A DNA stretch of 64,000 nucleotides, taken from positions 1 through 64,000 of the IMG/VR virus record IMGVR_UViG_2524614847_000004; one strand, given 5' to 3'. This DNA is from a virus. Its lineage: Duplodnaviria; Caudoviricetes. The first letter of the stretch is position 1. Each line of letters starts with the position of its first letter. Both the position numbers and the translations under genes were made by a program. This document shows, in pieces, positions 35,690 to 47,202 of the stretch. A model generated the notes under the pieces. It did no database searches. It saw only the letters and a list, made by a program, of their open reading frames with translations, and had not been told where the DNA came from.

Positions 35690-36676
35690 CTATTTTAATG
35701 TTTTTAATAATGGAGCATAAACCTTATAATTAAATACAAAATTCTTTACAGGTGATTTTATGCCCCATTGCTTAAATAGACCAACAATTATATCTACATC
35801 ATATCTACTAGTTCTTCCTTCTGGATCATATTCCAAAATTTCAATTAAGCGCTCTTTGCCAATTTCGTTTATTAATCTATTTATAACTCCTGAATCGTTA
35901 ATGAAATTGTATTCAAGTTCTATTGAGATAATTTTATTTGATATCTGTTTAGATCGTTTTACAGCATCATCAGCTACAATATCACTGCCACGTTTTAAAA
36001 TATCTCTTATAAGAGAAGAATTTTCATCATAAAACTCTAAATTTCCATTCCTGCTAGAGTAAAATGAATCCATCGCATACATCCCTTTTATGGCATTTAT
36101 TAAATCATCTGAAATTGGCAGATATACGCCACCACTATACATTGTTTTACCCACAAAATCCACATCTTCATATTTTATAGATGCTAGGGTTTTTAAATCC
36201 TGTACTCCCTCGTATAAGGCTAAACATATAGAGAGATAGTATGGATAATTATAGCCAGCTTCTCTACAAGCACTGTCAATATACTCTTTAGTATACAGCT
36301 TTATATTGCCATGAGCTGCAATTTTATCAATCAAGTATTCCTGGGTAAACAGGATCGAGTTATAGAATGGACTATATTTAATGAGTCCCTTCTCGATACA
36401 ATAATTGTAAAATGATCCAAACTCACTTACTACCTTTGAAACGTGAAGTAATCTATAATATTGCTTTATAATAATAAAGTAGTCAAATAAGTTCTGATCA
36501 GTAAAGTGTATAAGATCAATACCACACTCTCCCTCATAATCTAATATACCTGTTCCGCAAATAAATTTCGCCACCTCACCTTGCCTTTTTGTTTCATTAG
36601 CAAACTGATCTAATATTTCTCTAGAATCCATTTGTGGCACCCACCCTTTCGTTCCGAAGTTTGGAAATCTTATCAT
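35690..36676 (-). CDS. MrpR/YopR-like repressor with tyrosine-recombinase fold, catalytically degenerate
   Basis: About 320 aa; LALYEGV..L..IKYEDVDF box I-like segment lacking the Arg; no HxxR; INDSG motif; SPbeta-like context. Confidence 0.6.
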   Translation of the reverse strand: MIRFPNFGTKGWVPQMDSREILDQFANETKRQGEVAKFICGTGILDYEGECGIDLIHFTDQNLFDYFIIIKQYYRLLHVSKVVSEFGSFYNYCIEKGLIKYSPFYNSILFTQEYLIDKIAAHGNIKLYTKEYIDSACREAGYNYPYYLSICLALYEGVQDLKTLASIKYEDVDFVGKTMYSGGVYLPISDDLINAIKGMYAMDSFYSSRNGNLEFYDENSSLIRDILKRGSDIVADDAVKRSKQISNKIISIELEYNFINDSGVINRLINEIGKERLIEILEYDPEGRTSRYDVDIIVGLFKQWGIKSPVKNFVFNYKVYAPLLKTLK

Positions 36677-37124
36677 AAATTCCCTTTTGGATATCCATAG
36701 TATAAGCTATTCTCTCCAGAACATCAAGGTCGTCAATATATCCAATTTTATCATATACGTAACATGATGGTATCTGAGTTTCACATTCTGCTAACAGAAT
36801 AGAATCATATGGCAGCCCAAACTGTCCAGACTGAAAATAGGTATGTGTAGGTAAGTACTTCTTTTCTTTTGATGTAAATGGAATAACGTGTACATTTCCA
36901 TTCACAGCTTTGTTGTTCATATTATTAGATACAATAAGCACTGGCCGCTTGCCCCTCTGCATATGACAATCAACTCCCACTTCAGGTAAGTATGCCCATC
37001 TAATTTCGCAACATTTGATTACATCTTTAATGTTTCTTGCCGCCGGTTTATTGTCATTTTTCCCATTGTAAACAAAAAATGTAGATGTATTAATCTTCTT
37101 GCAACATGTAGTTAAATCTTCCAT
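36621..37124 (-). CDS. MazF/PemK-family endoribonuclease
   Basis: QRGKRPVLIVSNNMNN, VIPFTSK, LPTH, DSILLAE motifs. Confidence 0.88.
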   Translation of the reverse strand: MEDLTTCCKKINTSTFFVYNGKNDNKPAARNIKDVIKCCEIRWAYLPEVGVDCHMQRGKRPVLIVSNNMNNKAVNGNVHVIPFTSKEKKYLPTHTYFQSGQFGLPYDSILLAECETQIPSCYVYDKIGYIDDLDVLERIAYTMDIQKGIYDKISKLRNERVGATNGF

Positions 37125-37180
37125 TCATATCAACCTCCCGTTATCTTTTACTTAGGTTTGTATTTTCTTTTCATGTTTAG

Positions 37181-37229
37181 ACTATAACACATCACACACT
37201 ACATGTCAATAGGTTTATAAATTCTTTTT
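37181..37229 (-). promoter_or_regulatory. conserved phage promoter/operator (copy 3) driving the mazF-like and mrpR-like genes
   Basis: AAAAAGAATTTATAAACCTA-TTGACA-17nt-TATAGT. Confidence 0.85.
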
Positions 37230-37235
37230 TAATAT

Positions 37236-38210
37236 TTACACAAAATTTTCTGATATCATGTCATTTAAACAATTGAGATTGTCCACATCGATCTCTCCAG
37301 CATTTCCAGCATCATTCTTCCCAGTAAAGTAAGCCATTCTGATAATTTCAAATAACTTCTCTTTACTTATAGATACAATATCTTTTCTTGATGCTTGATA
37401 GGTGTTGTCCATAATTTGCGTGTAAGTATCTCCCACAGTATCGACCATATCTTGACACTGTTCGTCATCGATTCCAATATACCGTTTGGTAATATCCTGT
37501 GAAGAATGACCAAGATAGTGCATTAGATCAACTAGAGCTGCACTCTGATTTTTTGCGTTTATATAATACCAATATCCAAATGTCTTTCGAAGTGTATGCG
37601 TTCCAATATTAATTTTGATTTCAGCCACCTTTGCTGCTTCTTTAATCATATAATAAGCATTTTTTTCGGGCATGAATTTCTCATCTGCCCTATTATCAGA
37701 TCTGCATGTTCTGAAGATAAAATTGCTTACATCGATAGTTTCGTTAGTAAGGTTCAAATATTTATCTATGGCGTGTTTTACATTATTATTAATTTTTGTA
37801 GTACGATACCTGCGAAACCTCTCAGTTTTCTTATCTAGCTTTCTTATACCGATTTCTTTATATCCACCAATCTCGTCAATCAGGTCTCCCCATGTAAGCC
37901 TCACTATATCAGAAATCCGGTATGCCGTATTTAAACCTATAATAATAAGAAGATAGTTCCTAGCTGCTGTCAATACCCGATATTCCGTATCAGCCTTTGA
38001 AATACATTGTTCAAAATATCTTATAAATCGAACTAAGTCATCAGGGTTTTTAATTGGATGCACCAATGTGGATTTCCCCCGATTTTTCCCTACTTTCTTT
38101 TCGCTCTTTTCAATTGCCTTACCTGTTTCGATACTATAAACTTGACAATTCTTTGCATCTTGATAATTATCTGGCTCATTAGCTAATATTCCCATAGTTG
38201 CTCCTTTCAT
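37236..38210 (-). CDS. tyrosine recombinase/integrase
   Basis: Complete R (TAYRISD), K, HTLRKT, LGH, Y (TKRYIG) catalytic set. Confidence 0.9.
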   Translation of the reverse strand: MKGATMGILANEPDNYQDAKNCQVYSIETGKAIEKSEKKVGKNRGKSTLVHPIKNPDDLVRFIRYFEQCISKADTEYRVLTAARNYLLIIIGLNTAYRISDIVRLTWGDLIDEIGGYKEIGIRKLDKKTERFRRYRTTKINNNVKHAIDKYLNLTNETIDVSNFIFRTCRSDNRADEKFMPEKNAYYMIKEAAKVAEIKINIGTHTLRKTFGYWYYINAKNQSAALVDLMHYLGHSSQDITKRYIGIDDEQCQDMVDTVGDTYTQIMDNTYQASRKDIVSISKEKLFEIIRMAYFTGKNDAGNAGEIDVDNLNCLNDMISENFV

Positions 38211-40092
38211 GTTAGATCACATTTATAAGTACTATAAAAAGCACTGGAAATAATTCTCCAATGCCCTATTTACTACCTACAAGCTCAATTCATGCAACAA
38301 CCAAAATTAACATTCTCTAGTTGCTTTAATTTCCTAAATCTTATTTCCGTGTGATACAAGTTTGTAATTCCACATTTCAGCACCATTCCAACTTCTCAAC
38401 AAATTTCCACATTCACAATACTCACTATCTTTATCTCTGGTAATGAGTTTTATTCTTCGTACTTCGTATTCGGCCCCACATTTTCCACAAGTTTCTTTCA
38501 TAACTTTATCCTCCTACAAAGTTTGTTTACTTTATATCCCCTCTATCATTTTATACCCAAATCTTAATACTTCATAATGTCTAATCCTTCATCAATCTTA
38601 GATTTTATCAACTATCTTCTTCAAAATACACAACTTCATTTTCTTTTAACGGACACCAATCTTTAATAGACTCATATACATATCTTACCATTCTGCCATC
38701 ATCGTCGAAATCATCATAATTTTCATTTTCTATCAGATTCTTTAACCAATCAACAATATCCAAAAGCACTTTTTCTGAAACTATATTATATTCTTCTCTT
38801 ATCCAATGAATATCATCTCTTTGCTGATAAAATCTGTCTAAAACAGGTTTGTAACTATTAACCTCATCTATTGTTGCCTTTTGGATGTCATCATATAATA
38901 AGTAGCCACCTATATGATGAATTTTGGTTTTATCAGCTTTAATTAAGTACATATCATATCCCACAAATTCACCCCCATTGAATCTCAAATTTCATTAACT
39001 TTATCATTAATTATTTTTTCAACAAGGCTTTCTGCGTTACTAGATAAATACCTTAATCTTTGTCCCTTAGGCATACCTGTTTCTTGCCATTTTATTTTAT
39101 CTATAACTTTAACTTCTTTAAATTGACTATTATCATACGCTTTAATATATTCTTCTGATTTATGATTCCAATATTTATCATCAGGTGCTGTATTATTACG
39201 TGAAAAGCTACATAGCCCACCCGTCCTTAAAATATAAGCATTGTCTCCATATCTAATTACAAAACAGTCGCCTTTTGATAATTCACCAATATTTAACGTA
39301 GAAACAGATAAAAATATCTCTGCCTTGTCATTAACCGCATCTTCGAATTTATACACAGATTGTTTTAAAACTCTTGCTTCTATCATACTCATGTCTCCTT
39401 TTTTATAAAACTATTATTTCATATCAATTATTTTATCACTTAATTCTTTTAAGCAATTTTCACACATTCCACATACATCAATTCCTTTAGTGCCACCTTG
39501 TACTTGTGTACATATTTCAATGTTATATAATTGTTCTGGCAAATGCTTCCCACAGGATAAACAATATGCCTTTTCTATACTTTTAACAATCTTAATCATA
39601 TTTTACTATTCCTTTCTAAGACTTTAAAATAATCATTTTAAGTTATTTTAATAACCACACTTTTTCATTTTTTCTATATTAAATTTGTATAAGGTAACTT
39701 CACCATGATATTTTTCAATCGAATACCTTTTTAAGTCTTCATCTGTATACAAGAATTTAAATTTTCTTAATTCGTTGTATAACTTCTTACTCATTTTTAA
39801 TGGATATGCATTCCACCCGTAACCCGTTTTCTTAGTTATTACTTGAATAATTGCTCCATTATCCATAACAATATCATTCTCATTTATATTAAAAGTATTT
39901 CTTCCTATCTTTAACTGTAAAGTATCAGATATTTCCATCACAACACCCCTTCTTTCTTCAATATCCGCTTCACTGTTTTATTATCTAGGCAGAACGCAGC
40001 TGCTACTCTCTTAATGTCATTGAATCGCTCGTATTCCTTTATAATATCTTCATCGGTAAATGCATAATTCGCCGGCTCATTCATGTACTTTT

Positions 40093-40644
40093 TCATGATT
40101 TCTCCAATAATATCAGTTTTTTTACTTTTTCAATTTCGTCGTTTGTATGAGGAGTACCACCTGCATTCATGTCAACATACCACTGAAGAACCTCTTTTTT
40201 GCTCTTCAAATCATTTATATTAACTTTCATAGTCTGATTCAATAATCTGATCCTATCTTCATATTCTTTAAAGTAAGATCCAAACACCTTTATTTCATTA
40301 TGAATGAATCGGGATGCTGCTGTTATCCTTTGTAATCCATCAACGCAAACATAGTCGCTATATTCTCCTGATTTTGTTCCAAATCTTCGTGACGGATTAT
40401 TTAAGTATATTACATTCCCAGACTTGCCTCCACGTAGATGATATTCTAACCACGCAATTTGCTGTTCCTCAGTCCATACATGACCTCTCTGGAAATCCGG
40501 ATTAAGTTGAAGACCCATCTCTTCTATTTCATCTTCTATATAATTAACCAAGCTTGCTAATGTATAATCCACTTGATAACTTCCATCAGAAGTAAATTGT
40601 GGAATATCTTTAAACCTCGTTATTTTCAAATCATTATCCTCCAA
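40093..40644 (-). CDS. stand-alone DUF262 (GmrS/ParB-like) domain protein
   Basis: PDFQRGHVW and VDGLQR motifs, MNAGGTP. Confidence 0.85.
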   Translation of the reverse strand: MEDNDLKITRFKDIPQFTSDGSYQVDYTLASLVNYIEDEIEEMGLQLNPDFQRGHVWTEEQQIAWLEYHLRGGKSGNVIYLNNPSRRFGTKSGEYSDYVCVDGLQRITAASRFIHNEIKVFGSYFKEYEDRIRLLNQTMKVNINDLKSKKEVLQWYVDMNAGGTPHTNDEIEKVKKLILLEKS

Positions 40645-41391
40645 TCACAATAAAACAATCCTTTTATCGTGTAAACTTACAATATATTTTATTAGACAGC
40701 TTAAGTCCTCCCGGAGCAAATTGTGGCACCTCATATAACTTGTATGAGTATCCACGTTTTTTAAACTCCATTATTGTTTCAACTGATCCGGTGCAGGTTG
40801 TATCAGTATACAGCACATTTAGCTTATGAGCATCGGCATATTCCAGACACTCATCATAAAAGGAATGATCTAATAATAAAGTGTTACTATCTCCTTCTTC
40901 AAATACTGGTATATATCCCATCATTATTCCTCGCCTCCTATCAACTTCTTAATTTATCAACCGCTAATCAATTCCTGGCCTACCATTTTCCTTTTCGTGC
41001 TTGTTATAAGCTGCCTTTTCTGATGAAGTCATCGGTAGATTCCCATATGAACTTGTCATATTCTTCTTTTCTAATGATTTCATATACTCCCCACCGCCTG
41101 GGTAATTCTTATACTTCCAATCAAGATATGCTTGAGTGCCGTATCTTGGTGGCTTATTCTTCCTTTTTATATAAACGACAACTCCAACAATAAATAATAA
41201 TCCCAATAATGACCCCATAATTAAGCTACCTCCTTAGTCAATGTATATCCTGCATTTTCAAGTGCTTCTTTCATATTATCATACCATACGTGCAGATCGT
41301 TTTCATTATAAATTATCTTATCTCCGGGATTTAATACCGGCTGTCTATCTTTACTCATATTATCTTTCTCCATTCTCATCAAACATGTCTT

Positions 41392-42474
41392 CTATCTCAG
41401 TTTAACAGCGTTCCTATTTTCTCTTTTTTTCTCGTCTTCTAGTGCCACATAGTGCCGTTTGGCAGTGTTCACATCTGCATGGCCCAATGTACCAGCAACT
41501 AGGTAAATGTCCCCTGTGGCTTTATATAAAGCCGTCCCATAGCTCCTTCTAAGTGTATGGGGAGTAACCTTCTTCTGGATCCCAGCCAGTCTTGCATACT
41601 TAGGAATTAAATCTTCTACACTTCTGGTTGATATTCGTTTGTTCTGTAGAGATAAAAATAGAGCATTCTCATGCCCTTTGATTGCTTCCACCTGTTTTCT
41701 TTCTTCTAAATAAAGTTCCAACGCCGATCTGGTATCATCACTAAAATATACAGTTTCTTCTTTTCCTCCTTTTCGGTATATTCTGATTCCACTGTTTTTG
41801 AAATCTACGTTGTTAATGTCCAATCCAATACATTCGGAAACACGGATTCCTGTGGTAAGTAGCAACATGATTATTGCCAAATCTCGCTTCCGTGTTATTT
41901 CAAAGAATGAACGTTCTCTTCCTTCTAAACCTCCACCAGTTTCTACCACCTGGATAAATGCTTTCATTTCGTCACTGTCAAGACGTACTATTTCTTTGTC
42001 ATGCAATTTGGGAAGCTGCACAAGCGACGCTACGTTATTCTTTATCCTCTCATTCTGATAAAGATATTTGTAGAATGCTCTTAATGCCGATATTTTGCTC
42101 TTTAGGCTATATTCCCCGTTTGTATTTTCATTCCCTGAATCATCACTCCAACATTTTAGCCATTCCATATATTTTTCAAAATCAATGACTTTCAGGTTTT
42201 CCAACACATCAAGAGTAATTGACTCCATATTTGTAGCTTTACTGCTTCTAATTAAATAATCAAAGAAGAGCCTTAAATAACCGGCATAAGCAATCCTTGT
42301 CTTGGAAGAAGTTCTCGGTTCAATCCCACGAAAAAAGTCTTCGCAATAGGATGGCATTGTGGATATAATGCTCCTAAGTTTCTTTATATTCTGGATATCA
42401 TTCTGTTCATGATATGTCATGATACTACCCCCGTTTTTATTCCGACTAATATCAGTTTGCGTGCTCTTTCTCAT
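41392..42474 (-). CDS. XerC/XerD-like tyrosine recombinase
   Basis: N-terminal core-binding domain, TGIRVSE, RKGGK, PHTLRRS, LGHAD, RHY; probable start is the ATG at 42420. Confidence 0.92.
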   Translation of the reverse strand: MRKSTQTDISRNKNGGSIMTYHEQNDIQNIKKLRSIISTMPSYCEDFFRGIEPRTSSKTRIAYAGYLRLFFDYLIRSSKATNMESITLDVLENLKVIDFEKYMEWLKCWSDDSGNENTNGEYSLKSKISALRAFYKYLYQNERIKNNVASLVQLPKLHDKEIVRLDSDEMKAFIQVVETGGGLEGRERSFFEITRKRDLAIIMLLLTTGIRVSECIGLDINNVDFKNSGIRIYRKGGKEETVYFSDDTRSALELYLEERKQVEAIKGHENALFLSLQNKRISTRSVEDLIPKYARLAGIQKKVTPHTLRRSYGTALYKATGDIYLVAGTLGHADVNTAKRHYVALEDEKKRENRNAVKLR

Positions 42475-43842
42475 AGATCAACTGGCATTCACTTTTCCCC
42501 CAGGGCTTGTAATGCAGATACTTACCTCTACCAACAGTAGGTATAAAAAAGTATCCTCGCCCATGTATCGGTTTTCCGCATACGCAACACATCCTTTTTT
42601 CTGGTTTTATATTTTTGATCTGGATTACTCCTGGATAATTCATATACCTACCTTCCTCCCGGTACTCCGGGAAATCCTAATTTAGCATCTTCATGGTGTT
42701 AGCAACTCTGTTCAAACGTTCCGAAAGTTCTCCAAATGAGACCACAATCAATAAGGTAAGTATAAATCCAGTTAAGATCCCTATATAGAAGAAATCTCTC
42801 CATTTTGTAAATATAGGCATTTTTTGGCAATCGCTTATAACTTTAAATATAAAAGCTGAAACTATGGCAGTCGCCATCCATGTAATTAAATATAGAATTA
42901 TATAGTCTTTATAATTCATAAAATTAGTTCCTCCAAATTTCAGTTTCCTTTCTTATCCTTGCATTCTGGACATCGTGCATACCCGTTATTTTTAACAACC
43001 CAGCCTTGATCTTTAGCTATCTTTTTTAGCCTTGTATTATGATTACCAGTGCCAGAAAAACCATCAAGAACGGTGCAATATTCGTCACAGACAATTTCAT
43101 GCCATAGCATATAATCACCTCACGAAAATTCTAAATTTACTTAATCCTTATTACATTTGCTTTTAAATTCACACTTACATTTTCTCCCGCCTGGAAGAGT
43201 AAAATAATATTTATTGCGATCCAACTCAGTTTGTCTTTGTGGCATATTCCCACCTGATATAAGACATACATATTCCTTATCTTTAAATCTGTTTTTCTTT
43301 TCAGTGATTGCTAACCACAAGCAATTTTTACAACAAACGTCAGGTAAATCCATAGTAAGACCCCTTTCTATTCATAATCGTAAGCTTCATTTAACCAACA
43401 CTTTTCTCTTTTATGCTTGCCACCTACCAGAGAATCAAGCTTAAGCCATGCCATTTCTTCATTTTCGGCAGGAATCTTAATTTCTGTTAAATATGGCTCT
43501 TTTACCCATTTATAGGCATCAAAATTCAAGCCAAAACAATATAGTTTCATGTCATTTTCTTTGCCACTGTTCATTTTTAAATCTGATTCTTTAAACATCC
43601 CCTTGGTATTAGCCCCAAGAGGCATGTTGTATTCTACTGTATAAATCGGTTCAATATCTAAATCAGGATGAAGCTTCACAACCGTACCGGCCGTATGCTG
43701 AATAAATACTTTGTCAAATAATTTATATTTCATTTATTTATCTCCTTTTCTATAAAATGGATTTTTCTTGTTATAAATTCTAATTTTCATAATTAAAAAA
43801 ACTACCAATACGATTATTGATAGTTTAAAATAATATAGGTTA

Positions 43843-44406
43843 TTATTGTTTTGAATACATTGTCATGGACACCCCTGTGTCCTGTGTCAGTGTATCGTCA
43901 GGCATCTTACTCATTAAATAAGTTACATATAAGTCACCGGCAGCACCCGCTATGTTCCCCATTTGTACAAAATATATTACCCAAAAATAACTCTGTGGTA
44001 CTATAGCATTAATTATAAATAGTACAATACCGAGAATTACAACAGGAGCAAGTGATATTATGATGTAATGCTTTTTATTGAAGTAAGCATCACTACCTGC
44101 ATATGCACAGAACCAAGCATGACCGTAATGTGCCTTTATCCCACTAAATTTTTTCATATAAAATCCGTGTATCGCTTCATGCATAATAATATAGATTATA
44201 TACAAGAATACAGCAAGAATTAATAGGTAGATAAATTTGGAATCAACTGTAAATGTTATAGGATTAATAATAGCACCTATAAATGCCATAACAATAAAAA
44301 ATATAAATGAAAAGATGTTTATAACAATAAATGTTTTTTTATCTTCTGTCAAATCTACCTTTCTTATTTCCTTATATCCTTCTGGTAATTGATTCATATT
44401 TGTCAC
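43843..44406 (-). CDS. DUF3267-like membrane zinc metalloprotease
   Basis: TM helices, HEAIH, LAP, GAAGDLY, QDTG. Confidence 0.85.
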   Translation of the reverse strand: MTNMNQLPEGYKEIRKVDLTEDKKTFIVINIFSFIFFIVMAFIGAIINPITFTVDSKFIYLLILAVFLYIIYIIMHEAIHGFYMKKFSGIKAHYGHAWFCAYAGSDAYFNKKHYIIISLAPVVILGIVLFIINAIVPQSYFWVIYFVQMGNIAGAAGDLYVTYLMSKMPDDTLTQDTGVSMTMYSKQ

Positions 44407-44579
44407 TCCTTTTAGGCTTTAGATCTAATTGCGTATTGCTCTAGTATACAACACTTCCTACTGGCTATCAATATTTAAGTATTAAACACTTATTTTATTT
44501 ACTCGCTATTTAATTATTTGACGTTTCATTATTAACGATACGAACGTTCCTCCTATTTCTCCATACACCTAGCATACAA

Positions 44580-44606
44580 ATAAGCCGGTCTTTTGACCGG
44601 CTTATC
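44580..44606. terminator. palindromic terminator-like hairpin
   Basis: ATAAGCCGGTC-TTTT-GACCGGCTTAT perfect inverted repeat. Confidence 0.65.
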
Positions 44607-44645
44607 ACTACATAATAGTAATACTGTGAATCTCACAAATATACT

Positions 44646-44936
44646 TTAATCTATACCTTTAATCATTTGAGAGGCCGCATTATAGTCTTCCGTTTCTACA
44701 TAAATGCAATAGTGCATAACATGCTCTCCGTTCATACCATAGCTACCCGTTCCAATAAAAAAAAGTTGTAGAAGAAAACGAAACCAACTGTCATTTTTTT
44801 TTGTGGATTCTAAGTATTTTATTCCATTGGAGTCTAATTTATTTTTTATAAGCAAGAATGACTCTAAAGAAGTTCCCGTGTATAATATTTTCTTTTCTTT
44901 CATTTTCATAATAATCCTGCCATCTTTGATAACCAA
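44646..44936 (-). CDS. small hypothetical protein (DUF2007-like)
   Basis: LDSNGIKY...YCIYV..EDY..A pattern. Confidence 0.55.
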   Translation of the reverse strand: MVIKDGRIIMKMKEKKILYTGTSLESFLLIKNKLDSNGIKYLESTKKNDSWFRFLLQLFFIGTGSYGMNGEHVMHYCIYVETEDYNAASQMIKGID

Positions 44937-45041
44937 AAATATACTTTTTATAATAGTTACAAGTTTTAGTATACAAGAGATCTACCCTAAATGTCAAACT
45001 TGTTCCACTAAATAGCGCAATTAGATATCAATGTATTTAGT

Positions 45042-45650
45042 TTAGTAATTTACATTGCACTCTATTGCTACTTGGTCAGAACCTATTTTTGCGTTTAGAG
45101 TTGCTCCTAAAAAGAAATCCAAGCCATATCCAATTTTTCCTGGCTTAAATCCAGTAGTTAGGTCAACAGCTTTCTCTAGTATCGTAGTATGGCCCTTTTT
45201 TGAATTAGTTCCTAAAACTTGTCCATAACTAAGATTCATATTAGAAATAGTACTATTCCCACTTTCTTTCTCCCAACGTGCAAAAACACGCTTCAAACAT
45301 GCATACTTTCCATCATCGGTATAAGTAATTTCTACAGTCCCCTTATAGCCGTTCAAAGTATCTTCATTTGTTTGACTGGCTCTAGTCATTATACGTTTAT
45401 CCTCTATGTTAAATGTACTAACAAAGACTCTTTCGCCATCTTTATCAATCACACTTTGAGTACTAGATTCATTAAGATTATATTGAGTTACTTTACCAGT
45501 CTCAGTATTTGTTATTGTTACACGCGTACTAGGTACTGGAGTAGTTCCATTGCTCGCATAGGTAGTTCCCGGTATAGATATAATGCCTAATACCAAACTA
45601 GAAAATAATACTCTTTTCAACACTTTACTTATAGCTTTTTTTGCACTCAT
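45042..45650 (-). CDS. secreted hypothetical protein
   Basis: Sec signal peptide ending TTYA-S. Confidence 0.75.
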   Translation of the reverse strand: MSAKKAISKVLKRVLFSSLVLGIISIPGTTYASNGTTPVPSTRVTITNTETGKVTQYNLNESSTQSVIDKDGERVFVSTFNIEDKRIMTRASQTNEDTLNGYKGTVEITYTDDGKYACLKRVFARWEKESGNSTISNMNLSYGQVLGTNSKKGHTTILEKAVDLTTGFKPGKIGYGLDFFLGATLNAKIGSDQVAIECNVNY

Positions 45651-46033
45651 AATAATATGACCTCCCTAGTTATTTTACAATTTTTTAAAGTATCCTTCCT
45701 ATTTATATCAAAAATTATCTTATCATTGGAATCATCTCCTAGTGCTTATTTATTATGGTTTCACATTCATTATATAACTTTACATAATAAATTCAAACAC
45801 CAACATGTCGCATTTTTCGACACTTTTGTTTATTCTTAAGTTTTTCTTGTGGTATAATTAACAGTTTCTTAGCAATTTTCGAATTTTATATTAATATATT
45901 TAAATTCCTGATTTTATGGCAATAAAAGACCAACTACCGAATATTGATAGTTGGCCGTATGTATAACTTTAATTACTATAATGTTTTATATACAATGCCA
46001 ACCATTTGGCATAAGCAAATTTGTCCAACGAAC

Positions 46034-46147
46034 TCAGTCGTCGTTGTCATTCTTGCAGGCCCCATTTAATGGGTATCCACAATGTATACAAGCATCGGCC
46101 TTATTACTTACTTCTTTTCCACATTCAGGACAATTAATTAATGCCAT
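46034..46147 (-). CDS. 37-aa zinc-ribbon peptide, probably truncated
   Basis: MALINCPECGKEVSNKADACIHCGYPL. Confidence 0.6.
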   Translation of the reverse strand: MALINCPECGKEVSNKADACIHCGYPLNGACKNDNDD

Positions 46148-46171
46148 AACAATATCCACCCTTTCTTTTAG

Positions 46172-46837
46172 TTAAAGTCCAGAATTATTTACATCTTCCT
46201 TGTAGTTCACATCTGTATATCCTATGACAATTTGAACTTTGTAATTTTGTGCCTGCATGCCAATCATTATTTCTGTTCCATTATAATTATTCCAAGTAGC
46301 CCTATATACTACATATCCATATTCAAGAGCCTTTGCATCCCCAGCAAAATCAATTTGAGACTGATTGGCAAGCCGCAAAATTGTATCTTCATCTGGTTCT
46401 CCATATTTTTCTTTCAGTGAATCTCTTAATGACTGAAATAAAGGTATATACTGACCTGCATTCGTAAATTCTTCATTAATTCCATACATGCCTTGATATA
46501 ATTTTCCATCATTATCAAAGAAATACATGGCATTAGCACTGTAATTGCCTACTTTTGTGGAATATAATAAACCCTTTTCTGTTCCATTTCCCTCTAATTT
46601 TTCCTCTTCATACTTTTTAACAGTTTCAATATCATCTCCCCAATAAGCATTTCTAAAATTAGTATTTTCACGTTTTACATACTCTTCTGCTGTTGTAACC
46701 TCTGATGTTGTTTCTTCTACACTGGAGGACTGTTGTACAGTTTCTTTAGATGTTTCTGTCTCTGATGCCTTTTGAGAACCGCAACCAGTTACCCCCATTA
46801 TTAATACTGCACCCAAAACTAAAATTTGTTTTTTCAT
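46172..46837 (-). CDS. lipoprotein
   Basis: Lipobox VTGC; S/T/E-rich linker; FRNAYWG domain. Confidence 0.85.
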   Translation of the reverse strand: MKKQILVLGAVLIMGVTGCGSQKASETETSKETVQQSSSVEETTSEVTTAEEYVKRENTNFRNAYWGDDIETVKKYEEEKLEGNGTEKGLLYSTKVGNYSANAMYFFDNDGKLYQGMYGINEEFTNAGQYIPLFQSLRDSLKEKYGEPDEDTILRLANQSQIDFAGDAKALEYGYVVYRATWNNYNGTEIMIGMQAQNYKVQIVIGYTDVNYKEDVNNSGL

Positions 46838-47202
46838 ACTTTTACCTCACTTTATATTTTCTTACTTTTTACTACTTCTTGCCATTTTAGTATATCATCC
46901 TTCTTTATAATTACAATATCCTAAGTAGTAAGAAGGAGCTAAAAGTATGACAGAGAAACCTTATAAAGTAAAAGTAAACGTATCTTTAGATGAAAACGTG
47001 ATTGCAAATCTCTTTTCTTTTGATATCAAGTTCTATTCTTTTGTTGCTATTTCTAGTTTTAAGATACTAATCGTTTAAAACTTCTGTTCTTTCTTTTAAA
47101 ATATCTATAGTTTTATTAATTCCTTTAATCATCTCCTTATCAAATGAAAGCACACTTTGATTGCAACAAAAAAGGAACCTCTGTATTATTCGGTTCCTTT
47201 TA

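Noticed and set aside
35000-43000. Arbitrium aimR-aimP cassette
   Set aside because: No ~380-aa TPR regulator followed by a short secreted peptide gene in this window
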